DNA of 62,092 nucleotides, filler included, from Choristocarpus tenellus KU-1152 (lineage: Eukaryota; Protista; Phaeophyceae), in NCBI GenBank assembly GCA_964200185.2. It is 13 parts of 13 records of this genome, joined end to end, with 100 filler letters (N's around TTAATTAATTAA, not from the genome) between each part and the next. Parts side by side here need not be neighbours in the genome. Positions count along the whole stretch, not along the records: positions 35,532 to 38,164 come from CAXNAD020026103.1; positions 38,265 to 41,951 come from CAXNAD020018525.1; positions 42,052 to 45,175 come from CAXNAD020022156.1; positions 45,276 to 49,082 come from CAXNAD020017815.1; positions 49,183 to 53,833 come from CAXNAD020013631.1; 8 more parts are not named here. One strand, written 5' to 3'. Of this stretch, positions 36,850-50,449 are shown one piece after another (within the stretch, counting starts at the first letter, position 1; every line of letters begins with the position of its first letter). The notes under the pieces were generated by a model. The model worked only from the letters and a program-made list of their open reading frames with translations, did no database searches and was not told the origin of the DNA. Both the position numbers and the translations under genes were made by a program.

Positions 36850-38314
36850 CTGTCAAACAAGTATGCGTATGTAATGATGTAATCAAAACTATATAATGTG
36901 GGGCAAGGTAAAGGTTGCAATGCCCAGCGCAGGAAAAACACTAAGAAGTAAAGGGCAGGGGGGGGGGGGGGGGGGGGGGGGGGCCCCAAAGAGCGGGGGG
37001 GGAAGTGCCCACAATGGCAGGGTGTGAACCTATGGAATGGCAATATACATACAAAAAATACCAATAAAAATATCAAAAGGTGTGGTGATAATAATATCAG
37101 TAATATATATTAATAAAAAATAGCAAAAGCAGGTTCAACTAAGTAAAAAAACAGACCATTATATTTTTTTTATTAAACAAGTCAGAAGGGTTGAGATGGA
37201 ACCAGCCTTACTCATTGGTTGGGGACAGGGATGTGGTAGTACAATCAACCACTGAGAAGGTCAATTCTGTTTTTAACCCCTCCAATTTGGGATAAATCAC
37301 TTCATCATAGTGTGTAAGAAAGGTCTAAATTTCTTCTCCATTACAACCACACCCAAATGATAATAATACTAACAATCATAGTGATAAAAACTAATACGAT
37401 ATATCATCAAGAACGGTAACAACTACAATATCAACATAAAAATAAAGATAATGGATTTCCAAAAGCATGGTGCAAGTGATATGAGATGGCACGCATGGGA
37501 TTGGATTTGGAACAAAAGGTTCAATTACTTCACTACTTGATTAGGCGCTCTTGATAAGGATTGGAGCGATGACTGCAGCATGACATTGAATGTATCCTAT
37601 ACTGTGGGGTTGGATATTCAACTGTTGATCTTACAGTACCTGATATGAATTGAGAGTGTCCAAAATAGAGGGTGGGGGGGGTGGACAGAAACACCCAAAA
37701 GTTGGAGGATGGCGTTTTTGTGTATTGGAGCATGCTGATTGGATAATAAAAGTTATGAACGGTACTGATTGGTCAACCATCTTCACCAACTGCATACCAT
37801 GGGCATGCACCACAAAATACTGCTTTCTCATTGGTCAGTAATCAACTACTATTTTCTACCTTTGGACTGCCTAAACAATCTTTAACCAGTCCCCCCCCGC
37901 CCCCCCATAAAAGACTTCAATAGTATTAATTATATGGTCATTTTCAACCAGGAAACATTTTTTTATAGGGTTAGGGAAAAAGAAAAAATAGTGCCATTAA
38001 CTGTGCTGTCATCATTTTCATCAGTGCTCTTTTCAAGATATACCTAAAAAAGTAACAGCCTTTTGATAATAAAATAATTTTATATTATGGATTGTAATAC
38101 TATTTCTTTGGTTCAACAAAAGTGCATCAAAAGGCATGCATGCACATGCACAGTTAGTGGGGGGNNNNNNNNNNNNNNNNNNNNNNNNNNNNNNNNNNNN
38201 NNNNNNNNTTAATTAATTAANNNNNNNNNNNNNNNNNNNNNNNNNNNNNNNNNNNNNNNNNNNNTGTTTTGAGAGTTCCTGCAACCCCTCATTGCCTGCA
38301 CTCTCATGGAGGAG

Positions 38315-38613
38315 TGTACAAAAATAGGACAAATCTTAAGGTGTACCCAATTATATGTATGTGAAATTATGGCATTGGGTTGAGTCCATGTGATGTAACT
38401 AGTGAGATATGGTACATCTGGATTAGGTACGGGTTTGGTATTGCAATTAAAATTCCCTTGCATAACCGTTGATTTACATCTGAGGCACAAATAATAATCA
38501 AAACGCAATAAGAAGACACCCCATAAGGTCACTCTTCTTTTCAACCATGTAAACATATTCAGCAATGGGGAATCGTGTGAGGCTCCACACCTTCTTGTCT
38601 TCACTACTGATCA
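38315..38613 (+). mobile_element. Copia LTR (family L1) preceded by a PPT-like tract
   Basis: Homologous to the reverse complement of 57491-57802; follows ggaggag and starts TGT. Confidence 0.75.
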
Positions 38614-39729
38614 AATAGCAATACCTTCCAAGGTTAATTGCACACAATAAGGCATGTCAGGTGATAACATATATTTTGCGGTTGATCCAATTGTGCCTCC
38701 GTTCATCAAAATGATCCACCATGAGATCACCCGATCCTCAACTGGTGCTGCTTTCATATTTTCGCTCCCACCTAACAACCTCCACTACAAACCTTAGGTG
38801 TATGGAAGGGAGTGTTCTACGATGCCTTCAGTTTGGCACAGGAACCAGTGTCGGCAAGGGGTCAACCCTTGGGCAAAGACTTAACCCCTCGATCCAGAAA
38901 GGCATATATTCGATTCACAGTGACTATCCAACTGCTGCCCAATACCTGGATGTAATTGACAAGGGACGAACACTAGTCACGTATGTGTATGCCCCAGGGG
39001 TGGAATACAATACTGCAGCACTCGCATATGGTCAGAAAGCTAAGCAACGTCTACCACTACCATGTTGATGATGGTTTTGATGGTTAAAGAAAAGGAGTTT
39101 TTTTTTCACACTTGCATCCTCCCCTTCCCTTGTTTAGAACTTGACTGAACCGGAGGCCTCCCCTGCTTACACATAAGGTAAACAAATGAGTCATGTCTCG
39201 AGTGTCAGACTCCTGGAGTGCTATTTCCTGCTTTACGTAGTCAACTTGTACATTAAACTAACTGCAGAAGATAATCAAGTTCAACGACCTTGCGTACAAG
39301 ACACGTATGACGAAGATGAAAACTGAACAACTCTTACATACCTTCGCTCGATTAAACTCAACTCTGAAAACGCAATTGATTACTCGCGTTTCAGGTACTA
39401 CATGAAGTTGCGTTCCTTAGTCTATGTACGACTCAACACGCATGTCTGATTCAAGACCATTATACGCATCCTTCCCTTCAAACCCTCACCCCTCCACCCT
39501 ACTTTTTTTATCGTTATTTTGTTGGGGTCTGATTTTATGAAGACTCGTGACGGTAGTGCTCTTACAATTCGAGAAGGTAATGGAAATTTTGGAAAAAACA
39601 TGTTGTATGGTAAGGTCTACCATGAAATAAATTGTACAGTCCAGAAATGGATATTTCGAACAAAAATTATTGCTAATACTTGGATACAGTATAATTAATT
39701 TACTGTGAAAAATATACGATACAGAGTGG

Positions 39730-40024
39730 TAACCTCAAACCTCTACGCCTTCAATGTGGAAAGTTTTGGGCCCGTCGGCAAGAAAGCAGAGAGTTTTCCA
39801 GATGAGTTTGCTACGCATGTGGTAGGGGGGAGAGGGTCGGGAGACTACACCAAGAAAGGAGCTGACTAATCCCGTTTATGACAGATAGTGTCTGTCACAA
39901 CACAATGGCTCTGTATCAAGATGCGTCGTGGGTTTTAAGCTGGAGACAACTGTGAGATGGGCAAGGAGGGGCCTGTCAGATTCTTGGGATGCTTACCTAG
40001 GTCCTTGCGCTGTGGTGTAGGGCT
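39730..40024 (+). mobile_element. CRE-like LINE fragment abutting an LTR
   Basis: VESFG..GKKAE.F.DE.ATHVVG region homologous to about 19370-19630. Confidence 0.8.
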
Positions 40025-40290
40025 TGTCGAATAACCTAGTGTTATCCTTACGTTGTATGTGCTGATACAATAATATTACATAATTTCATGTACGGTTGTC
40101 TTTGGTTCGGTACAAATCCAACGTAGAAACGTGCATAGCAGTACGATGAGTAAGTATTTATTCATACATCAGAGATAATGGATGGCCTAGACAAAGTCCC
40201 AGCGGATAACTAATAACCAGTGCATGTTTATCATGTAACTCAACCAGCAGCTCTGGGCGACGAGCCTTTCATGCGCTAAGCTTTTCAACA
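40025..40290 (+). mobile_element. Copia 5' LTR (family L2)
   Basis: TGTCGA...TCAACA termini; the same start (tgtcgaataacctagtgttatccttac) occurs at 56127 downstream of a Copia pol. Confidence 0.75.
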
Positions 40291-40399
40291 AACTGATAAG
40301 CACCCTTATCAACATACTCTAGGTAGATGAGGTGCAACCGAGCTGGACTGGTTAGAGTTAGTTTACATCACTCAAGGCCTTAGACGGGATCCACACCAA

Positions 40400-41510
40400 A
40401 CTCCTTCAATTGTCTGATGACAACTATGCTGACTGGATCGCCACAACGTGTGCATTTTTGGGTGTACAAGGTGATATTGATGAAGCATTGGAGCATAGGG
40501 AGGACCTTCTTGGAGTGGGTGACATTGATTTCTTCAAGAAGGAGGATTTGAGTGAAGATGAGGTCACCAAGGCCAAGAAAGCATACGACGTCCTGTTGGG
40601 GTTTAAAGGTGCATTGTACACACTGCAGCATCACCATCAGAGGCTTGAAAGCAACTGAGGGAGTATTTTCTCATTCACTTTGATGAGGAAATCGCAAGGC
40701 TCCAGAAAAACAAAAGGTAACGAACGTCAAGATGCCGCGGGGGTCAGACCCGCAAGTCACCTTCACAACAATTTTGGACTGGGTAGGGCAGATGGCGATG
40801 ATGGGGCATGTGATGTCCAAGCAGGTCCTACAAATCACAATGCTAGCCTGATTGGATGATGACTACCAAATCATCACGCACTACCTACAACACCACAAAA
40901 AAGGTAAGGGTTCGAGAGTGATGATCCAAAACGCTGCTCATTTGCATTACGTTTCCCTACAATGAAAGCCAGCTTATTGCGGAGAGTCTAGGAGCGCTCT
41001 TGCCGCAGGGACCGTGAATTCGTGGAAGAGGAATCAGAAGGTTAGCCGAGGAGGCAGCCAAGGTACGATTATTACAGCACGCTCCAAGGTTACCTCCATG
41101 AGATGTATAGCTCTAATCCATGGGTCGATAGATGGTGCTGATGCTCATACAGGACTCCTCAGGTACTCCGATAGCCAAAAGGTCCAATGAGGATGGTGAA
41201 TATCAGGTCAGCAGATGAAGGTACTCTTCTGAATCAATAAGCACATATGCGAATATGGGTCTTTTATGGTATCAGAAAAGTGAGATGTGGGCGATCTCTT
41301 GATCATCATTTACCGTCTATTTATTCCGGTGTACAGACGTTGAAATATATCTAAAAACCGTTGCATACATTCCCAAGTTGCAGATCTTACTCTGCTTACT
41401 CTGCAATTTTTAGCAAATTGGGGTTCTCCCTTTTGGGGTTCCACACGTGCGCACACTGCCCAGGCTGGTTAGAGCACGGGGGAAAATACTTGCGCTATTC
41501 GCCTGTAACA
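40400..41510 (+). pseudogene. Internally deleted Copia: gag start plus degraded RT/RNase H scraps
   Basis: LSDDNYADWIATTCAFL fits the Copia gag N-terminal NY..W motif; later blocks are shared with about 11380-11800. Confidence 0.55.
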
Positions 41511-42051
41511 TGCCCCCCAACGTGAGCTAGGTATACATGTCTCACGCTTTCCACAGGTGATATCACAGGTTAAGACAATAAATATCGTCCATCACCTCAG
41601 ATCGTGTTTCAGCAGGATGTAATTGGTTGCCATTTAATGACAGAGGGGCTCCAGTTCCAAATTTGCCAGTTGTTTCCAACACAGGGATCCCAGTTCCAAA
41701 TTAACCAGTTGTTTCGAACAATGATCGACATATCTCCTAATATCTTTGGGAATGAATCCCCAAACGTCATAAGACACAGTCAAAATGAATAAATGTCTGG
41801 CCAACCAGAGTATATATTTTCATAAAAGTATATATTCAACTCCGACTAGGCCCAAAATAGACCAACAAATATCCTTGTTTTCCTTGGGATAATGGGTCAA
41901 AGTATCTTGGGGGGGGGGGTGTCGGCGTCCGTTTTTCACCCTTTTTTCGATNNNNNNNNNNNNNNNNNNNNNNNNNNNNNNNNNNNNNNNNNNNNTTAAT
42001 TAATTAANNNNNNNNNNNNNNNNNNNNNNNNNNNNNNNNNNNNNNNNNNNN

Positions 42052-42170
42052 GATTAATCAGTCGCTTCGACGATTGATTTCCCAGCTCACCACGATTAAT
42101 CAGTCGCTTCGACGATTGATTTCCCAGCTCACCACGAGTAATTAGTTGCTTTGACGATTGATTGCCAGCT
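42052..42170 (+). repeat. Tandem repeat, 42-bp unit, about 3 copies (cut by contig start)
   Basis: gattaatcagtcgcttcgacgattgatttcccagctcaccac at 42052, 42094 and, degenerate, 42136. Confidence 0.95.
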
Positions 42171-44599
42171 AACCCTAACCCTAATTACTACAAAATCGAT
42201 ATTATACCATATAGATTATGTGCCGCCTTTTTAGGGCATACTCAGGGGTGAACAAAATCGTTGTAGGTACTGTATTGAGGAATATTCATCATCAGGGGTT
42301 AAGATGGTTTTGTCTGTTTGGGAGGGAGTATCTACCATTATTTCTAAATGAATAAATAAATTGCACAATACCACTACTAATAGTACTACTACAAATACTA
42401 TTAAATCAATACATGTTGGAACAGGCAAAGTACTTTAATTACTGACAACTGGACGTCCACCTACAAGCAGCAAAGCTTCCTCTGATACTTGTAAAGTGCG
42501 ATGAATTCCGCTATGGTCGTGGGTTGCTGGCCTGGTGAGTTACCACCAGATTCCACATGGAAGATATTTGTTTTTCACTACCAAGATGGATGGGGGAAGT
42601 GATGCCAATAAATTCTTGAAGACCATACCATAGCTCAGCCCAGGTGTTATTTCGAACTTATCTATCAGACGACTCGGGGCTCGTGGGGTAGAAAGATAGC
42701 TCTTATCTGGAGACAAAAACACAGGCTGGTCCTATCTGTGAGAAGCACGCATATTTTTCAAAACATTTAACAAATAATTACAAATAAATGTGAATATAAA
42801 AAATACTTTTTAGTCCACCTTCTCTGGGTGTCCAAGCACCTTGGAGGCAATTTGTTGTACCAGAGGTGATAGTTTGACACTATCCCCAGAACACTCCCCA
42901 ATAGATGACTTAGATGTACCAAAGCTGTGGCGATACTGGGCTTCATCGACTCAGATCCTTAGGGGCATATAGGAGACAGACAGCTCTACGCTCTTTCTCA
43001 CTGCGTTTTCCATCTTTTTATTTTTTTACCTAAGTAGATTCAACCATAATGTTTTTTTTCTCTCTCCCAAAGAAGGACCTGTCCAACATGAAGTGCTGGC
43101 CAGTCACTTTTGTGATCGTGTCGGATGGAATCCACACTGGGGGGGTAATGTCAGGGACAAATCCCCTTTTTGGGATCTCCCGACACTAATGAGGAAAATG
43201 TGAGCAGTCACACACATTTGCCCGCGCCACCTTTTGCCATTGGGGCCAGCCCAGGTGATGTGGTGTGTGTCAGATGCATGATCGACTCGTGGTAACCCTG
43301 ACATGAACAGTAGATTCAAACCAGCAAAGCCTGAGATTGTGTTTTCTGTCTTGACTGGTCACAACCAACCGCAGTGAAGATAGATCCACATGGCACTCTG
43401 AGGCTGTCAACATACGCCCAGTACGCCTCAGTCTCATCTCTCACTTCCTTTCTGAACCTCATCTCTAGTGGTCCTCATCACCCCCCATCAGACAGGGCCA
43501 GGCCCCATAACATATGCATTCATATTTTTAATACAGCAAATAGTGGAAATATAGGTGTTAGATATTTTGGCAGGTGTCTCATACCACCACAACAACACCA
43601 ATATTGTACCTGAAGTTAAGAAAATAACTAGAGATGGGTGCCTCAGGAATGGGAGTGACTGCTTGTATTGAGCATCTTTCTTTTACTTCAAGTATACAAA
43701 GACCCCTTCGTATACTACTACTACTATTTTGCCTATATCAACAAACCCTATCAACACCACAAGCAGAAGCAGTACCAGTTCATGATTTTACTTCACAATA
43801 CCATCAATTTCTTGACTTCAAATAAGCATGTTGATGCCATAAATGTGCTAATTATTTTTGTTGTTGGGAAGAGTAGGTGGAGATCATGATAGCGAGATCA
43901 TTGCTGTTCTTGCTACCATCATTTGAAATTATCGAAGATCACTACTACTACCACTAGTACTTCACGACTTTCCCCCCACAATGCCATTGACTTAATTTCC
44001 ACCAAGTGTATTGATGTTGTTATGATAATTGGCGCCCATCATCTTCTTGCCTTGTTGTAGGCGTTTATAAATGCAGGTGATAATCAGGATATTGTTGTAG
44101 TTATTATTATTCTCTCCATCATTTCATCTTTTTTCTTTCTGCTCATTAAAGTCCAGACCATCACTTCTACCAGTAGTGGTAATATAGGTGAGAACGCAGT
44201 TACATCAGTTATGGGAAGAGAGAGATAATGTACTCCACTACATAAATGAGTACAAAATTCGCAATATTAGCATATTTGGTGGACCATCTCATTTGCTTTT
44301 CTCCAAAGTGATTCACAACACGTAACACGCACGACATCATGCCATATTGACTCTTGCTTGTTTGGATTCCTCGTCAGGAAGAAATACCAGTAGGAACAGA
44401 AAATGTCGATTTTTGTTTAACCTCACAGACTTCAATGCCCTACAAATTTCCATTTTATTGTGCAAGGTGCACTCTGTCTGATCTTAGGTATCTTGCTCTA
44501 TGTTTTACATTCTCTCTGTCAACAACAGAAAAAAACAATTTTAGAAAAAAGAAGAGCTGGAAATAGAGGAAAATAAATCCGCAGGATGATGACAGACGA

Positions 44600-44940
44600 G
44601 AGACATGTGTGCCAGTACCAAGGAGTTATATCCTTTATCTCCAGACATCATAGCGTTCATTCTTGACTTTTGTCACCACATGGCCTGCACTAGTATCTGA
44701 GAATATGTCATTCCGGATTCAAGCAGACTGATGGTGGTGAACACAGTTTCCATGTATGTTGTCAATTTGCTCATGAGTTAGCTTGCTGTTGCTGTTTGTC
44801 GTTGCTTAAACCAGGAGATCACCAGCAGCCTTCTTGTTGACCAAGAGATGTGCCAATGCAGTCCTGAGGGGTGGGCTGGATACCACACCCTGTTGGTTGA
44901 GCAACCTCTCATCCTGCCTTCCTTTTAGACTGGATTATGT
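44600..44940 (-). pseudogene. Degraded Ty3/Gypsy reverse transcriptase N-terminal fragment
   Basis: LLNQQGVVSSPP...HLLVNKKAAG and, after a frameshift, FTTISLLESGMTYSQILV resemble Gypsy RT motifs LV.KK.G and FT.LDL.SGY.QI. Confidence 0.5.
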
Positions 44941-46114
44941 GATTTCGTATAAAATGACTAAGAAGCCTGAGCGATATCAATATGATATGGTGGTCTGATT
45001 TGAATGTAGAACATCCTACATATTTATATTAGTGTTCTGAATCGAAAGCACCTATTTTTATTATTATGCCCTCTGACATTTTGGAGATGTGTCAGGGTAA
45101 AAAGCACTTATTGTGATGTGAGTGAACATCAACAACAGGGGATTCGCAAAATTGAGGATGGAGCGGGACTATGAGNNNNNNNNNNNNNNNNNNNNNNNNN
45201 NNNNNNNNNNNNNNNNNNNTTAATTAATTAANNNNNNNNNNNNNNNNNNNNNNNNNNNNNNNNNNNNNNNNNNNNTAACAACACAACAACTCAAAACAAC
45301 CGAAAAAACAACCCTCCCCCCCCTCGGCCGCCCCCCCCCCCCCCCCCCCCCCCCAGATACTTTGAGCCACCAAGCCCTCTTCAAAGATTTCCAGGAAGGG
45401 CTTGCCCATCGTCCCTGCTGGGTAAACCCAAACTGACAAGCCATAACAGGGAAGATGTCTGTACTTGAGTGCCTCAATATGGAGATAATGACGACCAAGC
45501 CTCTCTTGCCAATAAGGAGTGGGCGAGATTTGGTACAGGTTGCCTCTTAAGCATCCCGAGAAAGGGCTAAAGTACGCCCTATTGTACAACTCCAGAAAGA
45601 GTCTTTGATGAATTGTGGTGGTGTCACTTTGTGTGTTGAAAGGAGGAATATCAATTCTGCATGCACTACTGTGCACATCAAGCAATGAAATAGAGTGTAC
45701 ACTGCACAGGGTAAGAAAGACGGGCTTAGAATGCAAAAGGGTCCAAACTCTGTCTACCTCTCAATTGGTTTGGCTCATGATTTGAGTGTCTTCATAGCTC
45801 GGTGGTTAAAAGTCAGTTGTCCATTGCAGCAATACAATTGCAATGAAGTGTTTAGACCTTCTGGGTATGGTTCAAGCTAAGTGAACTGAAGTGTAAGGGG
45901 AATGGCACAGCATGTGCAATAAAACAATTGAGTAGACTAATTCAAAGTGTTTCGATTATGATCAATAATATCCTTTGATTAAATGAAACACTTTGATTGA
46001 ATCTCTCCAACACACATCACTCTTAGAAAAACAAACAAACTGACCTCTATCCAGTCTTTTTTTCTTATTTTCTTGATTCTTTACACGTTTGTTGCTTCTC
46101 CTCCGTCCCATACT

Positions 46115-46270
46115 TTGATCACAAATCTGACACTCCTCATTGATAGTGTAGTATTGATCACAAATCTGACACTCCTCATTGATAGTGTAGTATTGATCAC
46201 AAATCTGACACTCCTCATTGATAGTGTAGTATTGATCACAAATCTGACACTCCTCATTGATAGTGTAGTA
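46115..46270 (+). repeat. Perfect tandem repeat, 39 bp x 4
   Basis: TTGATCACAAATCTGACACTCCTCATTGATAGTGTAGTA repeated with no spacers. Confidence 0.98.
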
Positions 46271-47639
46271 TCTCAACACCATTACGAACACAGTTTGATG
46301 ACAATAAAATGGTGCCGTGTATCAACCAAACTCTTCGAGAGGGGCATCAACCAAACTTATACTGGAACTTGAGAGAGTGGCACTACAGGGGTAGTTTTCT
46401 TCTTAACTATAAAATGTAAATAAACTTCTTGATTAGCCACAATCCGTAAGAATCGTGGTTCACCATTACAATAAGAACCTGAGAATGAAATCGGAATAAA
46501 ATCGGAACATTTGAATGCACACAACAGCAACACCCTTCACTCCACCCTTCCAAAGAGGTGAGCCGTACAGACAACTGTGGAGATCGACTTTTCTTTCCTC
46601 CCCAGAGTCCTGTGGTGGACGGACGGATTGTGGCAATTGAAAGCTTCATTCACCCTATATTCATCACTAGTGCACAAAATAGGGTTTCGAGGTAGTCTGT
46701 GGTACAGCACGATTAAGAATGAAACCGTTGACGGTACATGTGGGATTAGTTGTACCGTTTGAGGTAAACATATAGCATTATACCAATCTGCTAACCTCCG
46801 ATTTCTTGAAGAGCAGAAGTCAGAAATTTCTCAGAATAGTAGGCGGGTTCTCTGACTAAATAAACACCCTCAATTCAAAGCATTGATCATGAGGAATCCA
46901 ATGGATACAACCCCAAGCACTGTTTCCTCGTGCGGAATAAGAGGCTTTGATCGATAGGAAGGATTAATTCAGTTAACTGTTCCTGACTGTGATGTAGAAG
47001 AAAGTAGTAAAAAAGAAAATAGACGATAGAAAAATATATTTTTCACATTTATGACAACTCTTACTTTTTCAACTCCTGCTCTGATTTTGATTGGCTTTTG
47101 ATTGGCTTTTCCCCTGACACATCTGCAAAATGTCAGAGGGCATAATAATAAAAATGTTGAAAGAAATTACTCTGTTCCGAATGGTGTCACATAGAGTTAG
47201 GGTTTAGTCTGCAGTACGATATGAGTTAGAAATATACTCTGGATGGTGTACATGTGGGATTGCTTGTACTGTTCACACTAAAACATCATACCATCATACC
47301 ACTCGAGATTGAGAGAGGGCTTGACCTGTGTTGCATCACACAACGTCCTGCCCAGAGGTAGCACAGACTTTCAAGAGGTGAAAAGTGAGAACAACTAGGG
47401 CTCGACTTGAGTTGGGCAGCGAACCAGGCTGTGGTCCAGTTCAGGGTAGTGGTCAAGCCCATAGACCAAAATGAAGGCAGGCACGGTTGAAGGTCTGGGA
47501 TCATAACTTTCACAAGCACAAGTAACCTACTTATGCTGTAGGTTGGAGGTTCCATCAACCTCAGAGGCTGAGAACTGTACTAACTGTACTTTTCACACAC
47601 ACATACACACAACCAGACTACTGTCCACATTGGAGCACA

Positions 47640-47642
<3 letters not shown>

Positions 47643-47684
<42 letters not shown>
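47643..47684 (+). repeat. (CA)n microsatellite
   Basis: Uninterrupted AC run. Confidence 0.95.
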
Positions 47685-47686
<2 letters not shown>

Positions 47687-48651
47687 AGAGTAACAGATCT
47701 TTCACAAATATAGTAACCAGGCCACAGTCTGGACTTGACCTTTCAGAAACCTCAAAACATGGATAAGGGGTGGAACGAGTCTTCCATGGGCATGTTACAT
47801 GGAAATGGCCTGGTCTACGCAAGTTGTCGCAGACCCCTGTTCAATTCAATTCAATTCAATTCAATCCCCTACCCAATTCAGCTCTGACTACTAACACTGT
47901 TCATCGGACTGCAAGGCTTTTAGGCAGACAAAGCAAAAAAAAAAAAATAGGTAGAAAAAAACACACAACAACAACAACAACAGTTAAAAAAAGCCCCAAC
48001 TGGGTCCAGGCGATGGATGTCCCAACAACTCCGTCACACTTGGGACCAGACTGGATATATTTCCGAGACCCCAGCGACTCCAGGATCAGACCTTTCACAA
48101 GCACTAAGCCCCTCTTTTATATTCTTATTTGGGGTTTGAACCATAACCCTGAATCAACGTACAGAATAGCCTTCCACAAACAACATTTGATCCAAGAACA
48201 GACTCTTGACATTTACTCGGCCCATTGAACCAATCCCAAAGAGTCCCAAAGAGTCCCAAAGAGTACCACCAACGCGGTCTCTAGTACTCAAGTACCTACC
48301 ACAATATTACTCCAACAACACTACAAACAGAGATTCTGCGTGTCTCTGAGTTCCAACGATTAAAAAAATATAAATGAATAAAATAATAATAATAATAATA
48401 ATCTCATCAAAAGGAAAGAGATCATTGCAGCATAGGTCTATTCCATTCCACAGGACATGAAAAGGCTTGCTTGCAATACTCTACCAAGCATTCCACTATT
48501 GGTGTAAAAAATGCCACTCTACAAACCGCGTTCCTCTTTAACACTGAAAGACACACACACACACACACATACATATATATATATATTTTCCAACCTTCTG
48601 CTCATATACACCTAAGAAACAAAAAAAGAGAGTAAATCCACTACGCCTCAC

Positions 48652-48782
48652 CATTTTTTGCAACTCCAACAGGAGCAGTGAGAAGAAGTCCGAGGGGTCT
48701 GCCAGGTACTTCCGAAACCCTCGCCTCAGTGCACGCCTCACGCTGAACTTCTGCGCCTGGATGAAGCTCTCGAGGATTGTTG
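48652..48782 (-). CDS. MCM2: Exon of DNA replication licensing factor MCM2 (C-terminal region)
   Basis: TILESFIQAQKFSVRRALRRGFRKYLADPSDFFSLLLLELQKM matches the MCM2-specific LESFI..QKFSV...+.+.F.+Y motif; donor GTGAGG; acceptor aAG is less certain. Confidence 0.85.
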
Positions 48783-49263
48783 CTTCCATTTGGATGAGGA
48801 CACAAATAGGGATTTAACGAAACACAATTTGATTAAAAAAAAAAAACGGGAGGGGCAGGAGGAAGCGGAGCGTGTACGAAACATGGGGGGGTCTTGGTGA
48901 GGTAGGGTTAGGACTTCGATCGACGATCGACCCTTGGCATCAGAAAATTGTAGAAAAATTTAGAAAATTGTGGAAAATTGGCGACTGCTGCTTAGGAGAA
49001 GACTGGAACATTTTGAGAGCGTAGGTGGGGGGGGGGGGAACCTGTTTGAAATGAAAAACAAAGAGTGAAAGTACCGTAGGAGNNNNNNNNNNNNNNNNNN
49101 NNNNNNNNNNNNNNNNNNNNNNNNNNTTAATTAATTAANNNNNNNNNNNNNNNNNNNNNNNNNNNNNNNNNNNNNNNNNNNNAACTGTGTACAATTTATG
49201 ACTTGGAGGTAGTAAGCAGATAGGAGGACTTCGAAAAGATATTCTCCATTTATGTGAACGTAT

Positions 49264-49439
49264 GACCCAAAGTATCCTGGGGGGGGGGGGACTACACCAG
49301 CGTATCCATTTGGCCCCAAACCAGGAAAAGTACACTTTCATTATCCATCCAACGTGTGGAACCAAATCACCCAAAAATTGCGACATGAAAAAATTGACCC
49401 CAAATGGACAGCCGCCACTCTCCCTAGATACTTTGAGTC
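49264..49439 (-). mobile_element. MITE family B copy, followed by a family C end
   Basis: GACCCAAAGTATC ... GATACTTTGAGTC, colinear with 26137-26316; no clear TSD. Confidence 0.85.
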
Positions 49440-50449
49440 AGGGTCAAAAACGGACGCCGGCACCCCCCCCCAAATACTTTCACCCCTTTAGCATAATTTA
49501 GTTCATGATCTCAGAGTTAGAGTTCTTTCGGCGACTCAAAATCGGTCAATAGTCACTCGAGTTTGATAATGAAGTCGGTGCTGTCCTGTGATGCAGAGTA
49601 CCAAAGTTCTTGAAGGCGTACCACCAGTGCAAATAGTCGTACGGGGACCTTGTCTTGTGTGCATTCTCTGCAGATTTGTTCCAGTTCCAACCACAAACCC
49701 TGCTATGCGGTTCATCCTTTTTCTCATACCTGGCAACAATTGTCGCTGCTGATAACTTTGTCCCTTGGCTTAGAAGGAACCACAATACTTGTTGTTCTTG
49801 ATGCGAATTGCTTGTGCCATGCGTACTGCGGGCTCGGATGTGTCCATGGGACCTTGGGGGTTTCATACCCACTTGTTGTGATGTCGTACAAGCCCCCTTG
49901 CTCCAGTGTGACTTACTTCTGACAGTTTTCACATGGACTGGGTCTCCAATAACCGCTCCATCGCGTCCATCCATACAGGCAGCTTCTTTAGATCGTTATC
50001 CAAACTCCCTTGGCTCATAACCTCTGCAGTTTTACTTGGTCGGCTACTATTTGCAAGTAATGAAAGTCGAACTGAGACAGGAGTCAAGAAGAGAATATGA
50101 GAGCCTCACATAATTCCCATTTGCTAGAGGTGACATAGTTGTAGAACAGGTGAGTGACCTCAGTTGGTATACTCTTGTTCACTTGTCTTCAATAGTATTT
50201 GTCTTGTGAACAGACGTTATATGTGCAAAAACTCAAGCTCTTTCAAAATCAATATATATATATATATCAAAACAATTATCCATTGGATCGGTTGTACCAT
50301 TTCATCGGTTACATTTCATGAACAGAAGCCTATAATCAATTCACGAAAACGAGGAATATATTGTCCAATAAGCCCTCTTATTTGGATACTTCATCCAAGT
50401 CGTATATTGAAAATTCTCCCATGAGAATAGAGGCAAAAGGTCGCTGTAA

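Noticed and set aside
38721-39068. 115-aa plus-strand ORF as a gene
   Set aside because: The opposite strand shows Copia RNase H-like scraps (WIILMNGGTI), so this is likely a shadow ORF.
46115-46270. CRISPR array
   Set aside because: Units are contiguous with no unique spacers and the context is eukaryotic; the same applies to 61528-61713 and 42052-42170.
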